A stretch of 63,997 nucleotides of DNA, counting the filler, from Intoshia linei (Eukaryota; Animalia; Orthonectida), in the NCBI GenBank assembly GCA_001642005.1. It is 8 parts of 8 records of this genome, joined end to end, with 100 filler letters (N's around TTAATTAATTAA, not from the genome) between each part and the next. Parts side by side here need not be neighbours in the genome. Positions count along the whole stretch, not along the records: positions 1 to 2,995 come from LWCA01002156.1; positions 3,096 to 6,069 come from LWCA01002176.1; positions 6,170 to 22,639 come from LWCA01000864.1; 5 more parts are not named here. The stretch is one strand, 5' to 3'. A model generated the notes under the pieces. It saw nothing but the letters and a program-made list of their open reading frames with translations. It was not told the DNA's origin and searched no databases. A program made the translations under genes and the position numbers. Each line of letters opens with the position of its first letter. Position 1 is the stretch's first letter. Shown one piece after another: positions 1-12,771 of the stretch.

Positions 1-34
1 ACATACTTTTAATAAACTTGTAAACAATTTTTAG

Positions 35-400
35 AAACACTCTACGCTATAGGCCGTACAAATAACAATGGATTTGGAAAAAATTATAGAAATAACTCTG
101 TAGAATACTTTTGCAAAAAATTAAAAAAATGGATTTACTCGGCGTGTTTAAACGAACAACGCTGTAATTTTGCAGTAACCGTCTTTAAAGTAACTTATTT
201 TAATTGAATTTAATCAAATATAGAATTCAATTTATGTCATTGCTGGTTATAACGGACGGGGTCTCATTTCTACAGTTGAAAGATTTTCAATCGAAACAAA
301 CTGTTGGATTAATGTTTGCAATACAATAAACCCAAAAAGCACTTTAAACGTTTGTATCGTTTCAAGTGGTGATGTGACATTAATGATGAATAAAGATTAA
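35..400 (+). CDS. Kelch-repeat protein, 3' end (last two exons)
   Basis: Exons 35-189 and 224-400 with a 34-nt GT-AG intron translate to TLYAIGRTNNNGFGKNYRNNSVEYFCKKLKKWIYSACLNEQRCNFAVTVFK|NSIYVIAGYNGRGLISTVERFSIETNCWINV...NKD*. This is the typical Kelch pattern (IYVIAG..G...VERF...W). The 5' part lies outside the window. Confidence 0.85.
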
Positions 401-591
401 CAAATCAATTAAATTGTATAATAAATATAAATACATAAAATATAATATAATGTAACATAATCCTTACTTATATAATACTAGGTTGAATGATACATGTTTA
501 AACATACATTTTTAGCAACTTTTACTATATATAGTAATGATTTTTACCTGATTTTATAATCTTTTAGATATTAAAAATAATAAACATAAAA

Positions 592-2295
592 TTAAGAAAA
601 ATATTTAATAAATTTAGTATTCGAAATAAATATAAACAAAATTGGTAAAAGGATAAAAAACAGTATTGTAAAGTTGAAAATACTCATACGAGTTTTTTGC
701 TCAATAATAGAGTGCATTGAATAATTAACAATATCTCCATCCATGGAACAACTCAACATTATTGATCCAAACGAAATAAGAACAATATTTGAAATTGTCA
801 TTTTGTGAGAATAATTTTCAAAACTATATATCGTCCTGAGAGTTGATGTGTCTAATACTGTAACATGGGTTGTACTGTAAAATATTTGGTTATTTCTTTT
901 GCTAATAAAAATAATTACATTTTTATATAAAAAAATTATATTCCAGTGCATATCCGAACTTACCATACCGAGGCAACATGGAATATTAAAAATGTAATAT
1001 TCGACACCAAAAAAAAATTTCGCAAACAAAGAGTAGTGCCACATAGCCTTAATTTGAAAATTTATTAAGATTAATTAAAAATGAAGCCTCCATTTAACAA
1101 AAATTTAGTCGCCCTGAATAGATATCATAGTACAGTAGGTTTTTAGTTTGTACCAGTGGCCCTTAAACGTAAATGCACGGAACTCTTGAAACAAATCTTA
1201 GCAGTAAAACAGGGTTGACCACGTTTCGCATATTATTTATTATTATTTAGGATAATCTCTAATATTCACAGTGAACAAAAAAAAACAGTTTATCAATTTC
1301 ACCCATGACTGAAAATAAAATAATTTTATTTCTTAAAAAATTTTTTGCGGACCCTAAAAATTTTACTGATACATAGCATCTATAAATACAAATTTAATGA
1401 CCACTTATATATAATAAAATTTTCATCCCATGACTGGTTAAAATTTTATATTAATGTATGAAATGTTACGCAAACATTTTATGCAAAATACTTTTAATAC
1501 ACAAAGTTGTTTAAAAAAGATTAATTGAAAGTTTAAACCACACTATCAATATTATATTATAACCATACCTATATTTCACGCAATAAATGGGTCCTTTGCT
1601 AATAAACTTGCAATTTATATTTCCAATAGAATTATCGTCCAAATACAAATTACAGGTAATAACATTGGCGGAAAACGCAATTTTACGTTTATGTCGACCC
1701 ACAAAATATTTTTTGTTGAATACCAAAACACAAATAACACAAAAATTCGTAAAATCAAATTTGATAGGACAGGCATAACGAAACTTGCCGAATTTTTTAT
1801 AAATGTACGTATCATCAAGTTTCATGAATTTTCCAATTCTCTTTCTAGACATTAAAATTTTTTCGATATGGCTAATGCTACCAATTGAGTTACTGTTATT
1901 CACATCATTTTTGCTAAATAAATTTTGTGGGTACAACCAAATATTGATTTTATCATTTGAATTTAAAATATAAATGCTATTTTTTGATAAATTAGTATTG
2001 TCATCAAATTGACCAAGATGAGAAATATATGTTATGGCACAATCTCTAGAAAATTCGATCCATTTTTCTGTTTTTGAATAATTGTACTAAAAAAACAAAA
2101 TGCAATTAATATATATAATAATTTTTACCTGTAGGTGAACTAAATTTCCATCATTCAATCCTACAGTAGCAACTCTGAGAATATTATCAAAATAGCATGC
2201 GGTGATTTCAGCATTTTTATTTTTATTACTTTTTAAATTAAAAAAATTTTCGATTGGAAGAATAATATTCACATTGGACTTTAATTCGTTAGAAT
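592..2295 (-). CDS. PREB: WD40 protein with C-terminal TM anchor, PREB/SEC12-like (5' incomplete)
   Basis: Three phase-compatible exons (2295-2129, 2086-1569, 901-592): EITACYFDNILRVATVGLNDGNL, NSIYILNSNDKINIW, KFRYAC, then LRTIYSFENYSHKMTISNIVLI..MLSCSMDGDIV and a hydrophobic tail (IFNFTILFFILLPILFIFI). The layout matches Sec12/PREB, but the sequence is highly divergent. Confidence 0.55.
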
Positions 2296-2461
2296 CTAGA
2301 TAAATTTACATCAATACGAGTAAATGATGAGATCAAGGTAGGAAACTGTCTTGTCTTAAATACGTGGGTTGGAAAAGTAAAAAATTCATTTTTAAACTCG
2401 ATAAAATCCTACAATGCTCTAATATTGTTAATGATAGTAATCATTTTATCTATTCAATATA

Positions 2462-2995
2462 TCCTTACTTATATAATAATATTATGTTTGTCTGTGTGTT
2501 ATCGTTTATTTCAATAACTACCGGTCTTACAATTTCATAAAGTCCACATTTCAATTAGTTTTTTCCGGGGGTGTTAGTCAATTGTCCTTTTTTTGAAAAT
2601 CAAAATAGTTCGAGAATTTAAAAAAATATATACTCTGGTATGTATTTTAAAATCATACATAATATAAATTTAAATTTAAAAAAACATTGAGAATGACAAA
2701 TTAGGTTTTTATAATTTTATTTTTTGTGGAATTTATGCTATTTAGGACAATTTTTAGGATTGGACTGTTTTTACTTTATTTTTAATATTATACACACATT
2801 GTGTCGAATAAGTTAAAAAAATGGGATAAAAATTGATTTTAACGTTCTTTACACAAATGTTAACAAAACAAAATTAAGATTGAATAATTCATTTTAAAGT
2901 AAAAAGTAATGTGATATGACGGTTCCACCTGAAACAAATTGGGGAATCACTCCTTTAAAGGATTGATAATAGTGAATAGTAGGATTTTTAAGTTA
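2462..2995 (+). mobile_element. Non-autonomous Helitron-like repeat, 5' end plus internally deleted body
   Basis: Begins A|TCCTTACTTATATAATA...TTTGTCTGTGTGTT. Shares blocks (GAATGACAAATTAGG, GGACTGTTTTTACTTT, GGTTCCACCTGAAACAAA...CACTCCTTTAAAGGATT) with the copies at about 3.2-3.9, 7.2-7.9, 13.3-15.1 and 61.4-62.8 kb. Confidence 0.7.
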
Positions 2996-3095
2996 NNNNN
3001 NNNNNNNNNNNNNNNNNNNNNNNNNNNNNNNNNNNNNNNTTAATTAATTAANNNNNNNNNNNNNNNNNNNNNNNNNNNNNNNNNNNNNNNNNNNN
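2996..3095. other. Artificial contig spacer (44N-TTAATTAATTAA-44N)
   Basis: Exactly 100 bp and identical at seven places; the linker has stop codons in all six frames. Confidence 0.98.
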
Positions 3096-3154
3096 TTATT
3101 TTAATAAATAACTATATTAAATTATATACAAAATGTAACTAGGACATTAAATTA

Positions 3155-3860
3155 TACGTCTACACATTCCCAATTAAGAAATATGGATTAAAATCTATAT
3201 AATTCATTCCTTCGCAATTTTTAAATTTCAAATTCTCATTTTCAAAACATTTTTACATTTTTACAACGAAACTAAAACAACTTTGTTAATATCATTTTTA
3301 TATTACAATCCTTTGCAATAATGGTAAAATTCGATTGAAATGTTTATAAAGTGAAGGTTTAGTTAATTATTGATACACAATTGGTATTTTTAAGTATATA
3401 TTAAATTGGTTATTGAATATATGTCATCACATTGCAAATGAAAAATAGGTTTTTATAATTTTATTTTTTCTGGAATTTATGCTATTTATGACAAATTTTT
3501 AAATTGGACTGTTTTTACTTTACTTTTAATATTATACACACATTGTGTCTAATAAATTATAATAATGGGATAATATTTGTTTTTAAAATTCTTTACGAAA
3601 ATGTTAACAAAAAAAAATTAAGATTGAATAACTTTCATGGAATGGTCATGGAACATGGAACTAACATGGAATAATTCACTTTAAAGTAAAAAGTAATGTG
3701 ATATGATGGTTCCACCTGAAACAAAAATGGGAACCACTCCTTTAAAGGATTGGTAATAGTGAATAGTAGGATTTTCAACATGAATTTATTTTTTTGGTAT
3801 AATAAAAATGTGCCCTCGGCAGATCTAGGTGCTGTTTGTACGTACAGTGGTTGTCGATTT
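3155..3860 (+). mobile_element. Helitron-like repeat family, distal portion
   Basis: Colinear with about 62050-62810 (+) and 13350-14050 (-): CGTCTACACATT, CCTTTGCAATAATGGTAA, GGACTGTTTTTACTTT, GTGCCCTCGGCAGA.CTAGGTGCTGTTTGTAC. Confidence 0.75.
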
Positions 3861-4799
3861 AAACCACAGCTTTCTGAAAAATAGCGTGCTTTAAATTTAA
3901 TGTTTTCCAAACTTTCTAAAAATAATGTATATGAAAAATAGAACTCGCAATAAATGCTGTGATTTAAAATGAAAATGTGCTTTATTTTGAACCCTTCAAA
4001 ATTATTAAAATTTGAGAATTCACATTTAAATAAGTATTAGTAGTCTTAATGATAATTCATATTAAATAGGAAGTAGAGTACCCGCAATATAAGAAATGTA
4101 TCCATTTAGTATTTAATGTTGAAATTAATATTTTTTTCTTTTTAAATCTACTTTAAATACTTTCTTTTAAATACTTATGATTAATAGCTAAAAGTGAAAT
4201 ATTATATTCTTTTATTATATTCAAATGAATGTGGTTGTTAAATGTGGGAACCTCGCTTATATTACAATACTATAAAAAAGTTGACAATATTATAAGATTA
4301 AATTAAATGTTTCATTTGTCAATTGAAACCCCTGTATTATATCTACATTTTATAAATTAAAAACCTTTTGTATTTAAATAATAAAGTTTCCTAAAAGCTC
4401 TCAATGTTTCCCATACATAATTAAATTAAAGTAAACGATACATTTTTATACATACATTATATACATATGTATAATTTTGCAATTAATATGAGCCTGTCTA
4501 AATGATCCGATAAGTTTTTGAAATGTTCATATATGACACAGATTCCCAAAATCAGAATTATTTAAGAAAAATACTGCCATTAACGCCGTAATTCAATATT
4601 ATTATTTTAACAGGGGGACCGAGAGGCAAAAGCTCACATATAAATATGTATTGAGTATAATTATAGTCAATAAATAAACAATGTGAAAACTGACGACATA
4701 TTTTTATTTATCAAGGTTCGTACAGTATTATACATAAAATACCGAGGCGGGTTGCATGGCTTATGCACAAAATGTAAAATCTGTCAATACATAACTTAC

Positions 4800-4946
4800 T
4801 TATGGTTGGTATCGTCGTGACAATTTCCCCCAATTTTAGTTGGTACAAAATTGTAGTTTTTTCTGCACCATCTAGCCATGCCATTAAAATTCTGGCATCA
4901 ATTTCATATTAAACATTTGTTTAAAGGCTCCGAGAATGTTTCCCAT
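4800..4946 (-). pseudogene. ARF: ADP-ribosylation factor (ARF) pseudogene, exon 1
   Basis: ATG at 4946 gives MGNILGAFKQMF, then a 1-nt frameshift, then [35 protein letters not shown] and a GTAAGT donor. Canonical ARF reads [32 protein letters not shown]. Both P-loop glycines are substituted, and downstream exons are barely recognisable (LRR*WQYF near 4570-4595). Confidence 0.85.
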
Positions 4947-5319
4947 TTTTAATAATTTTAGAATTTAAATATTTTCAATAAACCTTAAATAAACATTTAT
5001 ATGTATATTTATGATGTTACAGAAGAGATGAACAAATTATTTTTAATTTTTATTTATTTTTTAAATAAATCGATATACATATTAGGGCTTTTCAAAAAAA
5101 AATCCATGGTCACATCATATACTTCAAAGTGTGTAATAACGTATGTGCCTATTAAAAATAGTCAATTTTTTAAAAATGTGTGCCCTAAATCAATTTATAT
5201 CTTCAAAAGTATATATAAAATGTGAGGTTTATTCTTAAATATTTCAACGGTAACTAGCGTAACAATTCTATTTATGTTCATTTATTTATTTTATATATTC
5301 GTTTATACAAGTTTTATAA

Positions 5320-6069
5320 TAATGAATAAGTTAAGTGATTTATCTCGATTGGCAACTGAAATTAATACATTAGAAAGATATGCATTTCTATTTCATACTA
5401 CGAAGTTCGCTAATGATCGAATTGATTTGATTTCGGATAAATTGATATTTATATGGAAAAAATGTCGAATTAAAACAATTACAAAGAATTTAATAAAGCG
5501 TAGATTATTACAATTAATAACAAGAAAAAATCAAAACAAAGCATGGCAGACATGAACAATTTTTAAAATTATTTGACATTTCTTGTGAACCTAAAATTTT
5601 TGAATCAGTTTTACAATATGTAAAGAGAATCAAATTACAGTATGGGGTATGTAGATTGTCGTAACTTAAATGAAAAAAATATTTATAATCTACCTGAAGT
5701 TTACTATGATGCATATTATGAAATTGAAGATATTAGTGAATATAATAGTGCTGAAGAATCAAACTTTACATCAGATTCAATGGAAAATGATTCAAATTTG
5801 CTTTATCTTCACAATATGTTTCCATTAATTGTACTGTTTCTATTGTTAACGAAGTAATGAAAATAATGGAATACAGGACATTTCTTAGGTCGTCCATTCA
5901 AAAACAAGCATGTAATATAAAAATATGTTAGAAATAAATAAACTAATTATTAATTACAAAGGTGATCTATGTATCCACTTTGATTCTAAAACATAAAGCA
6001 TCGACATTATTTATTAATTTGTCTCAGCGGCGAATCTTTGCAGATATGCATTGCAATGAAAATAATAGT
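5320..6069 (+). mobile_element. Degenerate DNA-transposase remnant (hAT-like, possibly hATm type)
   Basis: Broken frames give DKLIFIWKKCRIKTITKNLIKRRLLQL, FLKLFDISC, an acidic linker, and GDLCIHFDSKT*, resembling the IW.K..I.T / LFDI.C / HWDGK segments of invertebrate transposases. Stops and frameshifts are present, and it ends at a spacer. Confidence 0.45.
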
Positions 6070-6169
6070 NNNNNNNNNNNNNNNNNNNNNNNNNNNNNNN
6101 NNNNNNNNNNNNNTTAATTAATTAANNNNNNNNNNNNNNNNNNNNNNNNNNNNNNNNNNNNNNNNNNNN
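6070..6169. other. Artificial contig spacer
   Basis: 44N-TTAATTAATTAA-44N. Confidence 0.98.
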
Positions 6170-7199
6170 ACATAACATTAAAAATAATTGTAATTATCCA
6201 TACTATTATTAATTTTTATTAAAAATTTTTTAAATTTTAAAAGGTTACAGAAATTATTTTTATATATTTATTTTATAGCATTATTATATCATTATAATAA
6301 TTATTATTAATACAAAAACATTTATATTTTTTCAAAGTTTAGATTTTGGGTCAATTTTAATTATGTTAAACATTTCATTTCGTTTTGTTTAATTTTTCAT
6401 TTATTCCACCATCATAAAGAATACCATTTTACTAACAAAAGTCTAGTTAAGATTTTTTTAAATTTTCAAATTTTTTTATAATGTATGCAAGATTTGTTAT
6501 CTGTATAGATTTGTTTAATGAGATAAAGAGTATTGCAATATGTTTGACGAAAATGAAATTAAATTAAGTTGAATGAACAAAATACTTAAAGCTCTTCAAA
6601 TATTGAACATAATTAAAATGATAATACGATCCAATGACAAATTAATAATTGGTGCCTGCAGGCAAGTTTTAATATTAAAATTAATACTCTTACAGTAAAA
6701 TTCTAATATTATAAATTATTAATCGAAAAAAATAAACAAAAAATTCAATTTTACTCTAAAATTATTTACATTCAGTACATTTAATTAACCACATCAGCAG
6801 TTCCCAAATGCTGAACGTAGAAAAATATGAAATATGTAATATAGTCATAATATGTAGATAAAGTTTTTTAACAATTAGATTTTAATATCCCGCGAAAAAT
6901 TTAATTTGAAATTAATATATAAGACTAAGCGGACCATGGACCAGTTGTGATTTAACTTTTTTCAAAATTAAAAATTTTTATTATTTTCACTAGTTTTCTG
7001 TAAAAATGAGTTGTGTAAAACCCAAGCAAAAAGTAAACTTTTGACAAAAAAAGGACCATTTCCTCTGAGAAATCTGAATAAAATTTTAATTTACAGTGTT
7101 CACCTTAATTTTAAAGTGCTTCTGATTAACATGTATAATAACAAAGTTGTTATTCAAGTGATTTTAAACTTTTTGAAAATGAAAAAAACCGAAGGAATC

Positions 7200-7893
7200 A
7201 ATTTATGAGATATCCACTTATATCTCTTTATTGCAAAAATGTAGATGTTTGATGTACATTTTTTTTGACATTGTAGGATCAATATTTACATTTTCAATTT
7301 TTATTTTAAACAAAATATTTGAATGGTTGAAATTTTATTTATATCAACTGGAATAATCTGTATTAAAATAAATTTTTTTTTTAATTTGCGGACCGTTAAT
7401 TATTTCACATTTTTTGTTTTAATAATATATTTCGGACAAAATATATATGAATACTAAAGTGCTTTTTTGACCGTGAAAGCGTGACTTATTCAGATTAAAA
7501 TTTTTTGTATGTGTTAACAGGATACAACTCTACCACCTGTAATTTAATTTTGTTTACATTCTAGTGCTGTTTTTATTAAAAAAAAGGTAATTTGAGGTTT
7601 GGCCCTGAAGATTTACTTTTTTGAAATTTAAATTTATGATAATATTTATGGTTTTAAAATGCGTATCAGAGTGTATATTTTTTTAAATTCTTGAAGTCGT
7701 TTGATTTTTAAAAAAGGACAATTGAGCTTTTTGCCCCATAAGATGTGAGTTTGGGAGGTTGAAATTTATCTTACTAACACCCTGGAAAAAACTATTATAG
7801 AAATCTGGACTTAATAAAATTATATGACTAGTAGTTATTGAAATAAATGATAACACACACACAGACAAACAAAGCATATTATATAAGTAAGGA
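7200..7893 (-). mobile_element. Helitron-like repeat, 5' portion
   Basis: Ends in ...CACACACAGACAAACAAAGCATATTATATAAGTAAGGA|T, the reverse complement of the family 5' terminus. Colinear with 14050-15127. A more diverged related block follows at about 7905-8310. Confidence 0.75.
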
Positions 7894-8329
7894 TTAAAAA
7901 TTATTTTTCACAGGAATGCGTAGTTTTCTGGGGTTAAAAATTTTTATTTATATCAAATGGAATAAGCTATATCTAATTAATCTTATTTTCATTGTAGGAC
8001 CGTTAATTATTTTAATTTGTTTGTTTTAGTAAAATAGTTTCAAAATAAAAAAAAATGAATATTAAAGATCTTTTTTGATCATGAAGGCATCGCTTTGTCA
8101 GATTTAAATTATTTGTGTATGTTCATTGGATATATCCTTTTATATTTTTTTAAATGCTAAGACCTTATTCATTTTTTAAAGAAAGGGTAATCTGGGTTTT
8201 TAATCATGAAAATCCACTTTTTGAGTTGTCATTTATTATAATGCTTATGATTTTATAAATTATGCCAGAATTTATGTTTTATAAAATTTAAAGACACATT
8301 TTAATTTTTATAACTTGACTAAACAAATG

Positions 8330-8946
8330 GCCGGAGGCCCTTTAAAGTTTTAAGCGAAGCAAAAAACCATTTTGAGCGAAGCCATAAAAAAATTTTAGGG
8401 CTCCTTTTTAAAAAACAGGGCATACTGTTGGTTAAAGACTTAAAGTCTTATTTCATTGAGTGTTAATAAAAGCATTAAAAGATATTATGTAGGTTTCTAG
8501 TAACTTTTATTTCTTTTACAAAAACTTACTTAATTAATGAACAAAGTTTACTTTTTCATTTGAAAATATGCACCATGCAGTTACAAAAAATTCTTGAAAA
8601 TTTTTCACAAATGTTGTTTTCTCACTTTGTTCTGAGAGAAATCAAATATAATATTATCAAAACTGATATCATTCAAAATATCATTCTCAATTGACATTAA
8701 GGAGAGCGTATTCAAACGAGGTTGAGCTAAGCAATTTCGAAGTTCATTCTTAATTATTTTTAGTTTAGAAAAATGTCTTTCATTTTTGCAATTTTCAAAT
8801 ATTATTGAAAGAAATTAGGGTATTTTGTAATAAATTGTGGCCTCTTTTTAAAATATAAATGTAAAGTACTTTTATTAATTTGGGGCCTTTTTTAATGAGG
8901 GGCCCTGGGCTACAGCCCATATTGCCCATGCCTTAAAACGGCTCTG
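8330..8946 (-). mobile_element. Non-autonomous hAT (Tip100-like) element carrying the transposase dimerization-domain tail
   Basis: The minus strand at about 8790-8603 reads KRHFSKLKIIKNELRNCLAQPRLNTLSLMSIENDILNDISFDNIIFDFSQNKVRKQHL* (hAT C-terminal domain). A GC-rich terminus CAGAGCCGTTTTAAGGCATGGGCAATATGGGCTGTAGCCCAGGGCCCC starts at 8946. Confidence 0.8.
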
Positions 8947-11160
8947 CATAAAAGTATGTTTTTCTAAGGCTAAAATTTACAATAATATTAATAATTTTAA
9001 AACGTTTTCCAGAATGTATTTTCATTAAACTATTGAGCTGATTTTTTTAAAGCAAATGAGAAATTAGGGTTTTGATCCTGAAGGACTCAAATTCTAAAAA
9101 TGAAAAATAGATACATACACGTCCTGGAAAAAACTGTATAAGAAATTGAGTTTATTAATTAAAATATAATGTAATTCTAACAGTCTTGTTGGCTAACAAA
9201 ACGAATCAAGATCTTACCCATGCTAATTGCAGACTATAATAGAGGTTTATGACAAATAAAAAAAATTAAAATGGTTTACAAACATGTTTCTATCAAACCA
9301 GAAAGATGTTGCATTTATTTAAGGTCCAACTACAAGGTGTTATATATCATTGTAGTAACCACTCGCATCACATCTTAACGCTATTTTAATATGAGTATCG
9401 TATGAACATTTAACATCTCGATTGTTCATTGAACAATGAAAAGAAATTAAAAATATACCATTTAAAATAACATTAATTTTTCCATAATTTTCCATAAAGA
9501 TTATAAATTGTGAAATGCAACAAATTTAAATATTTTATAAATATGCATCATTGATTATCAGGTTTAATTATTTCAGTCTCTTAGACTGAAAATAATTATA
9601 TTATTGTGCGAACGGTGAATAAGGAACGCTCCAATATAGGCCTTAACTTTTATTATTTGTTAATAATATAAATAATTTACACAATGATACTTACAATAAT
9701 TTATAATAATGGCATTTATGTAATGGTCAGTTACAATTTAACACTATTATCAATATAGGTTTGATTTTATATTTAAGAAGCGGTACATGCGTTGTAATTC
9801 ACAACTCATAGTTTTAAAATTATAAATTCATTTTTCCACTCTTGGGAAATGTAAACTACTTGAACATTTCTAGATTAGATAAAAGTTGGAAATTTAATTT
9901 TTAACCATTACATCTAAACATTAATGTGTTTTCTCAACAGGACATGTATTAATTGAATCTGTTTTAAAAAAATTCAAATATAGTCAAGTAATGAACATAT
10001 GGATGAAAATATGGCAATATGGTAATATATTGCGAATATATTGTAATACTATTAACGTTATGTCATAACATTTGAATAATTTATATACATGTAATTTTAC
10101 GGTTAATTTAGTATGACACTATATTCATATAATGTCAATTTGAATTTATAAAAATTTATCAATTTTGTAAATCAGGTATTTGCAAACTTTTCTCATACCC
10201 CTTTAGATTGAAAATTTTTTTAAAAAATAAATATAAATCTCAAAAAAGTAACATACAAAGTTGATTGTTTTCTTCGTTTGATAGTTTTTTACAATGGATA
10301 AAAAATTCTACAGTCTAAAAAAATAAAAATATTAAAACATAAAAACACAAAACAAATTAAAAATAAAAGTAAACTTTATTTAGCGGACATAAGCACTGAC
10401 CCACGCACCGCTATCGAATAGAACAAAACGATTAATATTGAAATAAGTCATGTAGTGATAATATTTTATGAATATTTTATGATCTCAGTAATCACGTTTT
10501 AAACGGTTCGCGTAAAATTAATCGTGAAAAGACCGGTTCGTGGTCAAAAATAATTTTAGACGGTTAGTTATACCGTTGGTTAGAGGTTAATTATAATAAT
10601 CGTAATCAAATTAACCTTTAATGGAAATTTGAAAAAAAATCCACCAACTGCAGACAACGTCCGAAATTTAACATGGCATTATAATGCATGGGCAAAGTTG
10701 TAAAGTTCAAATTAAAGCTAAACTACATGTAATATATTTAAAAAATTTTGATTTTTAGAGGTTTATTGATTTTTAATTCGAAGCAATTGGGATATAGACC
10801 TATATCGATTGATCAACCCTTGCATTAATTTATTAGTATTAATATTTAAAATAAAATTAGTTATGATACTCCAAACTAGATATTTTTTACTCCACCCTGC
10901 GGGATATCTAGTAAAACAAAAGATTAGTGATTTTGAGTCAAAAGATGATTTAACTTTGTTAACTATGGGAGGTCTACGTAATATGAAACGCTAATTATAA
11001 CGGTCACGTTTAACAAGAGTATTGCATTTTAAGTAAAGACATTAAAAGTCATTAAAATTCTCAAGGAATTGAGATACATGCAAAAATTAATTTTAAACAA
11101 TTAAAAATTTAAAATTGTACAATGTACACTTCAAACAATTAAACATTTAATGATTCGGAT

Positions 11161-11600
11161 CAGGGTGGTCCAAACACATGGCCAAAACTCATGAGGTCAA
11201 TGATGACCAAAAAATAAATTTTACAAATTTCGCGTGCCGTAACATTAAAAAATATAGCCCAAAAGCAAGTAAGTCCAAAAAGTCAATATTTCACAGATTA
11301 ATCATAAAATTAATACAAGTATTATGATATCAATATTACGAAAATGTAAAATGTTATAATAAATAAAGTATAAATACATTTTATATTTTATAAAGTCAAA
11401 ATACAAAATGTAGTACAATAGATCCAAAAAGTTGGAATTATTTCGTAAAGTACGGAAAGACAAAATTATTTCTCAAAAATTTACATTAATGCTAGGTAAT
11501 GTGGAAATTATGATATTTCAGTCAATCAATATTTTTCAAAATAAATTATTACATTAGTAAACCATTCCGCTGACTGTGGGCCACACATTAGACCATCCTG
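11161..11600. mobile_element. hAT/Charlie-type MITE
   Basis: Imperfect TIRs CAGGGTGGTCCAA / TTAGACCATCCTG. The flanking 8-mers ATTCGGAT / GTCCAGAT look like a decayed TSD (5/8 identical). Confidence 0.6.
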
Positions 11601-12771
11601 GTCCAGATGATCAGCATGATCACTGAATAATCTTTAAATTTTACAAAAACCTCAGGGTCATCGTTCACCTTTTTTTTAATCCCTAGATAATTGAGTTTCT
11701 TGATAATTTTATTAACTGCATATCTTTTTATTTCTATATGCAGAAATGAAACACAACAATTAATCTGATTTTGATGTAAAAATGGTTTAGTCATTTAACG
11801 GTAAATATATCGGTACAATAGTATCATTAATTTAATATATTTATATAAATGGCGTCGTATTTTCTGGTTCAATTTATATAGTTTCTATCAAATGAAAACA
11901 ATTATTTAATTAATTATTAAAATTAAAGTAACTGACTAACTTGCATTATAATAGATGTAATAGTTAAAAAGATAAAAGAAACTAAATATTAAAATACCAT
12001 AGTAACACAAGTACAATCCAGTGCCATAATATTAATTATGAACGACACGTTAATCATTTATAAATTATAATTGTAACAAAACCATATTGATAATACAACA
12101 CGCATTATAAATGAATGCATTGTAAGAGAAACTTTTACAAAATCAAAGTAATGTCAATGTGTTGTGTATTATCCTATTATTAAATTTGTTAATAGTTTTG
12201 TTGGATTAGCCATGATTAATTAATCTGTTATCATAATCACGCCTCCAATTAACATATAGCCAATGACTAGATATGTTTAATAATTTCTCTAGGCTGTATG
12301 TTTACATGACTGAATTGTATAGAAATTTATTTATTATTAAATTATCCATTATATTTTAAAATATTGACAAAAGTTTTCATTCGAGAACGTTCAAAATCAT
12401 TTTTACTTAATATTCACAAATTATATAATCCAAAACATACAATACTCATCTTTGCCATTACACAACTATTAAATAGGTAATATTATTGACATTTATGTAC
12501 TATATTATGTATTATTATTACAATTACATCATGGATTAGTCATTTAAAGTACATATTAAATTTGTTGTTTTTTTAATTCGATGAGATTACATTAGTGTTT
12601 AATTAATTTACAAAAGTGTTAATAAGAATGTTTAAAATTGACCGTTTCTAAAGTGGATTAAATTATACAATTTTTAAACGAGTTATTTAACATTTAATCC
12701 TCACATTCTAAATTCACTTTAAAAGTTTTAAATAACTAGAAATTTTTAATAAGTTTTCATTATTATTATAG

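Noticed and set aside
3040-3051. TTAATTAATTAA recurring seven times as a possible biological repeat or CRISPR-like direct repeat
   Set aside because: It is always centred in exactly 88 Ns, so it is an assembly linker with six-frame stops.
3635-3910. ORF sharing [15 protein letters not shown] with ORF 13186-13440, suggesting a repeated protein domain
   Set aside because: The shared peptide is a translation of the dispersed Helitron-like repeat. In TFAP2 the real exon ends at the donor at 13309.
592-4946. SEC12-like gene next to an ARF-family sequence as a trafficking gene cluster
   Set aside because: They are separated by an artificial spacer, the ARF is a pseudogene, and Sec12 acts on Sar1 rather than ARF.
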